Shown one piece after another: positions 58,949 through 64,000 of a stretch of 64,000 bases of DNA. Origin of the DNA: Clostridia bacterium (GTDB taxonomy: Bacteria; Bacillota; Clostridia; Christensenellales; CAG-314). The stretch spans positions 10,064 through 74,063 of the forward strand of contig JAFTHP010000028.1 in NCBI GenBank assembly GCA_017457305.1, written 5' to 3'. Numbering within the stretch: the stretch's first letter is position 1; every line of letters starts with the position of its first letter. The position numbers were made by a program, and so were the translations under genes. Below the pieces are notes generated by a model. The model did not search any database. It was not told where the DNA came from and saw only the letters and a list, made by a program, of their open reading frames with translations.

Positions 58949-59410
58949 CTATTCGTCGTCATGCCCGAACAATAGCTTGTCGTATGGGTTGGGGACGTTT
59001 GGATCGTAGGCTGGTGGGGTGTACAAGTGGTAGCCCTTCACCTTGAAGCTCTCGTTCATCAGCCACTCTGGCCACTCTCGGATGAGCAACTCGCGCATTT
59101 GTTCGCAGTCCTTTAGGTCGTTGGGGTCTTTGAAAAATGGGTAGATGCCGTTTTCAATACACATCTGGTTGATCTTTGCAAAGTGTTGACGATACTTTTC
59201 GCGCACACCTTCCACCACTGCTGGATCATCATGGTTGGGGATGGCAAGCAAAATGAATTCGTTAGTCGTGTAGGGATCTTTGAGAAACTTTACAATAAGA
59301 AAGTTGAACATCATCGTGTTTTGGTGTGGATCCAACATATCAACAAGGTCTAGACGTTTGTTCCACTCGATTCCACGCGTCATATAGTCTAACATGCTGT
59401 ACTCTGCCAT
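58949..59410 (-). CDS. Hypothetical protein, about 153 aa
   Basis: AAAGGAG RBS before ATG 59410, upstream TGCTATAAT box, hairpin downstream. Confidence 0.65.
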   Translation of the reverse strand: MAEYSMLDYMTRGIEWNKRLDLVDMLDPHQNTMMFNFLIVKFLKDPYTTNEFILLAIPNHDDPAVVEGVREKYRQHFAKINQMCIENGIYPFFKDPNDLKDCEQMRELLIREWPEWLMNESFKVKGYHLYTPPAYDPNVPNPYDKLLFGHDDE

Positions 59411-59600
59411 TATGTTTACTCCTTTGCAAATGTGTTTTATAGCCAAACTCATTATAGCAAAAAATTTACACAAAGTCCACAGTAATATGAATTTAGAAAA
59501 ACAGAAAGAATCCAAACCTTGTGCTTGTCCTTGTTTTGTTTCGACCATAGGGGATGGTCGCGATTATGGAAAAGGAAGAAGATATTGATATAAAAATAAG

Positions 59601-59680
59601 GTCGGTTTCAAATTGGAAATTTCGGTTTCAAAGTCAAAATTTTTGTTTCAAACTCGATTTTTTTGTTTCAACGTGCTTTT
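59601..59680. repeat. Four 20-bp-period units with an invariant GTTTCAA core
   Basis: GTTTCAA at 59605, 59625, 59645, 59665. Confidence 0.8.
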
Positions 59681-59782
59681 TGCCGTTAAAATCAACGAAA
59701 ATGACCGGTTTTGTCGCTCCCCGGGGAGTAATGATAAATGCCGCTTACATCAAATGATGCAGACGGCATTTATGTTTTATTG

Positions 59783-60061
59783 TTAGTTTCGATAATCGGC
59801 GGAGAGAATATCTATCGCGATGTTCGCACCGAGCCGGAACGCATACACGAAAATTGACTTTTCAGCAAGACTCGCATACTCGCTCCGACAATCGTCGAAC
59901 CGCTCAAAAATATCCTTTTGCTCGTCCGTCATTGTCGTGATGAGATCGTCGTATTGCCGGGCCATGTATTCCATCAAGCGCTTCATCTCAGGCGTGTTGG
60001 TTCGGCTGTCGGTCTCCGGAGAAATATTTCCGTGCCACAATTCTTCAAGCGTACTTCTCAT
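59783..60061 (-). CDS. DUF6809-like small protein (mobile-element associated)
   Basis: LEELWHGNISP...FVYAFRLGA; AGGAGGTG RBS. Confidence 0.75.
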   Translation of the reverse strand: MRSTLEELWHGNISPETDSRTNTPEMKRLMEYMARQYDDLITTMTDEQKDIFERFDDCRSEYASLAEKSIFVYAFRLGANIAIDILSADYRN

Positions 60062-60275
60062 AAGCTCACCTCCTTGTAGCATCATACATTACCATAAGGC
60101 GGGGCATAAGTCCAGATAACTTTTTGTGAACAAAAATGTTATTTTTACAATAAAAACTTAGACTGTGAGTTAATAACCTTACTCACAGTCTATTGTAAAC
60201 CGATTATTGAAGTAGTAAAATTTATTTTGAATAGCCAGGTATAAGTATGGATTACTTTTTGGGAATAAAATGATG

Positions 60276-61214
60276 TTAGTATTGATTGATCTTAAAGAAA
60301 TCGAGCAAAACCATTCTGGCGAGATGGAAAGCGTTATCCGCATCGTAGATGGTAAGTTCTAAAACTCGATCCCCGACACTATGAGAAGCGAGACAACTTC
60401 TCATATAACTCAATTCTAGAATTGCATCAGTTATTCCTATGTTAAAATCTTTAATGCCATTTCCGTCATTCCATTCACAAGGATTGTCTGAGCTTACAAC
60501 ATTGTGCTTAAATGGACGCGAGATTCCGTTTCGAGAAAGCCACATGATATTTGTTTCAGGATTGATTCCGTTAGTTTGAAGTGCGGTTTTCAATCTTTCT
60601 AAAACTTCCGGATTCCAGGCTTTTCCATCGTGAGTTACACTGCTTTCGTTCGTGCCGTCGTCTAATTTCTTTATAATGATTTGCAGTCCTAGTTCTTCTA
60701 AAATTGAATAGCAGGCAACCACAACATTGGCTATTCTGATGTTTTCGGTGAGAACCGTGTTTCTCTCGATGGGCTCGTTAACCGGATGTAGATCCATAGG
60801 ATGGAGAAAAAAGGTTTCATGAGCTACATGGTATTTGCATATAGCATTTTTATAACGTTGATTGCTGTAACATTTTTGAACTAAAAGACAGGCTGAGTAA
60901 GCTTCGTCATCGCCTTGACATGCTGAGAATTTTGGATCTCCAGTAGGAGTGGCCAACAGTCCAAAGAGATCATAGTGATTGTATGCTGCAACGACTGTAT
61001 ATGCCGCACAGAATAAATCTATAATATAATTTCGAACTCGCTCGTCGCTGTATTGTATGGATAATTCGAAAATATTACCTTGGTTTGTGCTCACCCCTAG
61101 TTTTTCATAATGCTTTCCGTGGTTTGTAAAAACAAACTTTGTAGTGTAGTCAAGCATTAATGTGGCGGGGACATCCTTTTCGGATATAAAGCAAAGTTGT
61201 AATGAAAATAACAT
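60276..61214 (-). CDS. Hypothetical protein with a HEPN-like C-terminus
   Basis: Helical C-half with YSILE and YMRSCLASH (R-x5-H); starts 3 nt after the upstream HEPN gene stop. Confidence 0.55.
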   Translation of the reverse strand: MLFSLQLCFISEKDVPATLMLDYTTKFVFTNHGKHYEKLGVSTNQGNIFELSIQYSDERVRNYIIDLFCAAYTVVAAYNHYDLFGLLATPTGDPKFSACQGDDEAYSACLLVQKCYSNQRYKNAICKYHVAHETFFLHPMDLHPVNEPIERNTVLTENIRIANVVVACYSILEELGLQIIIKKLDDGTNESSVTHDGKAWNPEVLERLKTALQTNGINPETNIMWLSRNGISRPFKHNVVSSDNPCEWNDGNGIKDFNIGITDAILELSYMRSCLASHSVGDRVLELTIYDADNAFHLARMVLLDFFKINQY

Positions 61215-61217
61215 AAT

Positions 61218-61889
61218 TTATGTAATGGTCAAATCTTTTATGGCTTCCTCAATGGAAATAGCATAAAGCACCGCCAAATTGTAGAATTTGCGGATATCTT
61301 CAAAGGTATCGGACAATCCATGAATATAATCATGAGCCACCCGGTTGCGGCGAAGTTTAAGACTTAAAAATGCTCGCTCAGCATCTTCAAAAGAGGCATT
61401 TTTGAGTTGTTCTAGCAGCTCATCGGCGGTAACATAATCCAAAGCAAAACTGTCATTAACATCAAATAATGGTTCTAATTTGTCCACGATACTTTGTGTT
61501 TCGCTAATCTTTCTTGCTTTTTCTGCATTGAATATAGAAGCCGCAGAGGATTCAAAGACATTCCCCCCAAACAAAGCGTAAAAGTCACTTGCGATTAACT
61601 CTTCCGTTTTTGTTCTTGGATTTAGCGTTTTGAATTTTTTATACATTTGGTCTACGACTGAAGTTCCTAGAGCGTGTATCAAGGGATAGTGCGTCGCAAT
61701 TGCTAGTTTGGGATTGTCATAAAAGTCTTGGCAGGCATTTTTTATATTGCGCTCAAAAGAACTTGCGGCGCTCATAGTTAACACCTTAGGATAATTTTTC
61801 ATAACCAGTCGTTCTGAACGCAACGTGTTGGAATCTTCTTCGTACTCTTTTATGAGCTTGTCCAACTCGGCATATCGATTACTGCTCAT
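61218..61889 (-). CDS. HEPN domain protein (RiboL-PSP-HEPN / MAE_28990-like)
   Basis: SAASSFE N-terminal motif, RRNRVAH (R-x4-H). Confidence 0.8.
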   Translation of the reverse strand: MSSNRYAELDKLIKEYEEDSNTLRSERLVMKNYPKVLTMSAASSFERNIKNACQDFYDNPKLAIATHYPLIHALGTSVVDQMYKKFKTLNPRTKTEELIASDFYALFGGNVFESSAASIFNAEKARKISETQSIVDKLEPLFDVNDSFALDYVTADELLEQLKNASFEDAERAFLSLKLRRNRVAHDYIHGLSDTFEDIRKFYNLAVLYAISIEEAIKDLTIT

Positions 61890-61893
61890 TTTA

Positions 61894-63075
61894 TTATTCC
61901 TCGATAAACCTTATGAGCTGCTTCGCACGGTTGATTCGCCCCCTGATATTATCAGTAGATGAAGAACCGGAAAGTAGATATGAAACAAATTCTTTATCTT
62001 CCTTCAACATATCAAAGGAATTGGGATCTATTTTCTTGCTAACTGTGGTTTGGTGATCGTACGCATTAGTGCAAGCGGCCACAAATACGGATTCAAATAA
62101 AGTCTTGGAAAATCTATTATTACGGAAGAATGCTTTTTCTCCAAGGGAAGAACAAGCAGCAATGAAGGACATAAAGAGATTCTCAAGGTAAGCATTTTCC
62201 TCCTGGGTAAACTTTTTCGTTTTATAGGAGAAGGAGTTTAAAAAGTTTACCATTTTTGGAGCATAATTATTTCCATCAATTAGCAATGCAAAAGAGCGCA
62301 AGATCAGCTCAATATCATTGCTGTGCAAGTCTTGTGTGGGCTTACCCATCAATGCTCGCCATTCTTCTTTAGCATTTAGCCTTACTAGCACTTTGTAGAA
62401 ATTACAATAGTACAAACTTGCACGGATTTCTTGTGCATTGAGTGGAGTGCCGCCAGTATTCAGTCTATTGAAAATTTCAAACATCGAAGAACTGTCGTCA
62501 TCGGGTTTGTTTTGGCGTACAACGACGGTTCTTAGGAAACGACGCAATCTAAGTTTAATTCGAGTATCTTTTTCAAGGTCAGCGAAACCCTTTCCATGGT
62601 ATTTGCTCTTAGACGAGGAGTCATCGCATAAGTCAAGTTTGAAATCTTTGAAAATGCTGTTGTTTGTTAAAAGATCGGTGAGCTCTTTTCCTTCGTTGAT
62701 TCCTTCTCGAATTGTAAAACGAGAGTCCGCATTTTTGGGGAATCTGCCTTTTACAAAGAAATACATGGACAAGAAACGCTGTTGGCCGTCTATGATCTTA
62801 TAGGTGTTATTGTCATCGCCTTCGGTGTAGAAGAAAAGCTCAGGGACAGGCAATCCAAGAATAAGAGATTCTACTAACTTAGAAGCTTTCTTTATATCCC
62901 ATACATAATTGCGCTGAAAAAGCGGAATCTCAATGATTCCTGAATCAATCATATCAACAATATTTGCGGGAGTTAAATCGCGGGGGCTTGTAGTTATATC
63001 ATATTCCACTATTGCCTCCTCGCCAACATCTTTTTCTTCTTCAAAGAAATCGTCAACAATTATCTTTGATTCCAT
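61894..63075 (-). CDS. DUF262 (GmrSD N-terminal, ParB-like) domain protein
   Basis: FQRNYVW, IIDGQQR, IFNRLNTGGTPL. Confidence 0.9.
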   Translation of the reverse strand: MESKIIVDDFFEEEKDVGEEAIVEYDITTSPRDLTPANIVDMIDSGIIEIPLFQRNYVWDIKKASKLVESLILGLPVPELFFYTEGDDNNTYKIIDGQQRFLSMYFFVKGRFPKNADSRFTIREGINEGKELTDLLTNNSIFKDFKLDLCDDSSSKSKYHGKGFADLEKDTRIKLRLRRFLRTVVVRQNKPDDDSSSMFEIFNRLNTGGTPLNAQEIRASLYYCNFYKVLVRLNAKEEWRALMGKPTQDLHSNDIELILRSFALLIDGNNYAPKMVNFLNSFSYKTKKFTQEENAYLENLFMSFIAACSSLGEKAFFRNNRFSKTLFESVFVAACTNAYDHQTTVSKKIDPNSFDMLKEDKEFVSYLLSGSSSTDNIRGRINRAKQLIRFIEE

Positions 63076-63191
63076 TTATTTCTCTCCTTTCAGTATACTC
63101 ATTTAAGCAGATTTATATACATAGGCACTATAAAAGAACAAGTGCGCTTATATATTATATCACAACATCCAACATTTTTCAACAGTATGTA

Positions 63192-63778
63192 TTAACAATC
63201 AAACCATTTCTCCAAAATCACATCTTCGCACTCTTGTCCTTCAACCACATGAGCGCCGGTTCGCGTTTGATTTCTGTGAAGCCTAGTTTAGCGGCACAGC
63301 CGAGCATGCGCTTGTTACCACTCCATGTTCTTAAAATGAAATGGTTTTCCCCAAACTCGCGGTAGTATTCCATAAAGGCAGTTAATGCCTTGGTTCCAAT
63401 TCCTTTACCCCAACAATCCATCTCGCATATTTCAATTCCTAATTCACGAATAGAATTGTTTTCGATAGCATTTTTTGTGGGATCAATAGAATCCCAGGGG
63501 GTGTTTTCAAAATCCTTAGTAATAAAGTGGGATGATACCAAACCAACATGACGTCCATCTGCTTCGATTTCGAATCGCCAGCGAATAGCGTTTTCTGGCA
63601 TATTTTCCATAATTTCAATCATGTTCGCTCTTAGTTCATCGGGATCAACTTCTTCCATTACTGCTCAGGGAGCGTCTGCATAAAACCATGCAGTATCTAC
63701 ATTAGTCCAACGAATCTCATCTTCAATATCAGAAAGTTGATAATCTCGAAGAACAATATTCTCGAATTCTATTTTCAT
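63192..63778 (-). pseudogene. GNAT (RimJ/RimL-like) acetyltransferase pseudogene
   Basis: MKIEF...YADAP-TGA-AVMEE in frame (stop at 63665-63667); WGKGIGT motif; probable frameshift near 63257 hides the tail GAHVVEGQECEDVILEKWFDC*. Confidence 0.75.
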
Positions 63779-63800
63779 ATTGTTATCTCCCGCTCTACAA

Positions 63801-64000
63801 TTAAAAGCAAAATGGATTTTTAATTTTGGTTGTACCAAACACCTTCGATGCCATTCGATACATAGCCTTTGCATGAATTCGATCATGCCAAATGAAACGG
63901 CGAAGCACCTTTCGAAGCGACCAATTCTCTCCATAGCTACCTTCAATAACAGGATTTTGAAGAAAATCCGGCTTTGCTTCCAGCACTTCAAATCCACGCT
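63801..64000 (-). CDS. C-terminal end of a DinB-like protein (gene starts outside the window)
   Basis: WSLRKVLRRFIWHDRIHAKAM helix with HxxxH. Confidence 0.65.
   Translation of the reverse strand, partial: RGFEVLEAKPDFLQNPVIEGSYGENWSLRKVLRRFIWHDRIHAKAMYRMASKVFGTTKIKNPFCF

Noticed and set aside
59601-59680. Mini-CRISPR interpretation of the 20-bp periodic repeat
   Set aside because: A 7-bp core with 13-bp linkers is far too short for repeat-spacer units
63665-63667. TGA recoded as Trp or Sec (alternative genetic code)
   Set aside because: prfB is intact, TGA ends normal genes here (3576, 25834, 37645), and the gene has a second lesion
63665-63997. 110-aa ORF in the track
   Set aside because: Artefact joining an off-frame reading of the DinB-like tail to the real GNAT N-terminus starting at 63778

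Overview
This window is chromosomal DNA from a low-GC Bacillota bacterium, probably an uncultured gut Clostridia (inferred from gene content, sigma-A promoters and the SAM-I riboswitch). The housekeeping backbone carries prfB, secA, comF, recD2, metK with its SAM-I riboswitch, hpt, tilS, rsmA, trpS, cysK, leuS, a BMP/nucleoside ABC operon, tRNA-fMet and tRNA-Thr. Four accessory modules interrupt it. (1) An AT-rich island at the 3' end of tRNA-fMet opens with interrupted sense and antisense tRNA copies. It holds a tightly coupled operon: EcoRI-type N6A MTase, C5 MTase, a catalytically dead double-LAGLIDADG protein and a small PD-(D/E)XK nuclease. This is the best candidate here for an undescribed restriction system. 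(2) A type II-C CRISPR-Cas9 locus has intact Cas9, tracrRNA and 4 spacers, but cas1-cas2 has collapsed into a 70-aa in-frame fusion. It sits in a tandemly duplicated slot next to an orphan HicB-domain gene. (3) A methyltransferase + RNA ligase + HD-Pnk operon looks like a variant RNA repair system. (4) A right-hand island carries a DUF262 + HEPN + HEPN-like operon, a DUF6809 gene and a 20-bp periodic repeat at its edge. All calls come from reading motifs by eye; no database searches were run.
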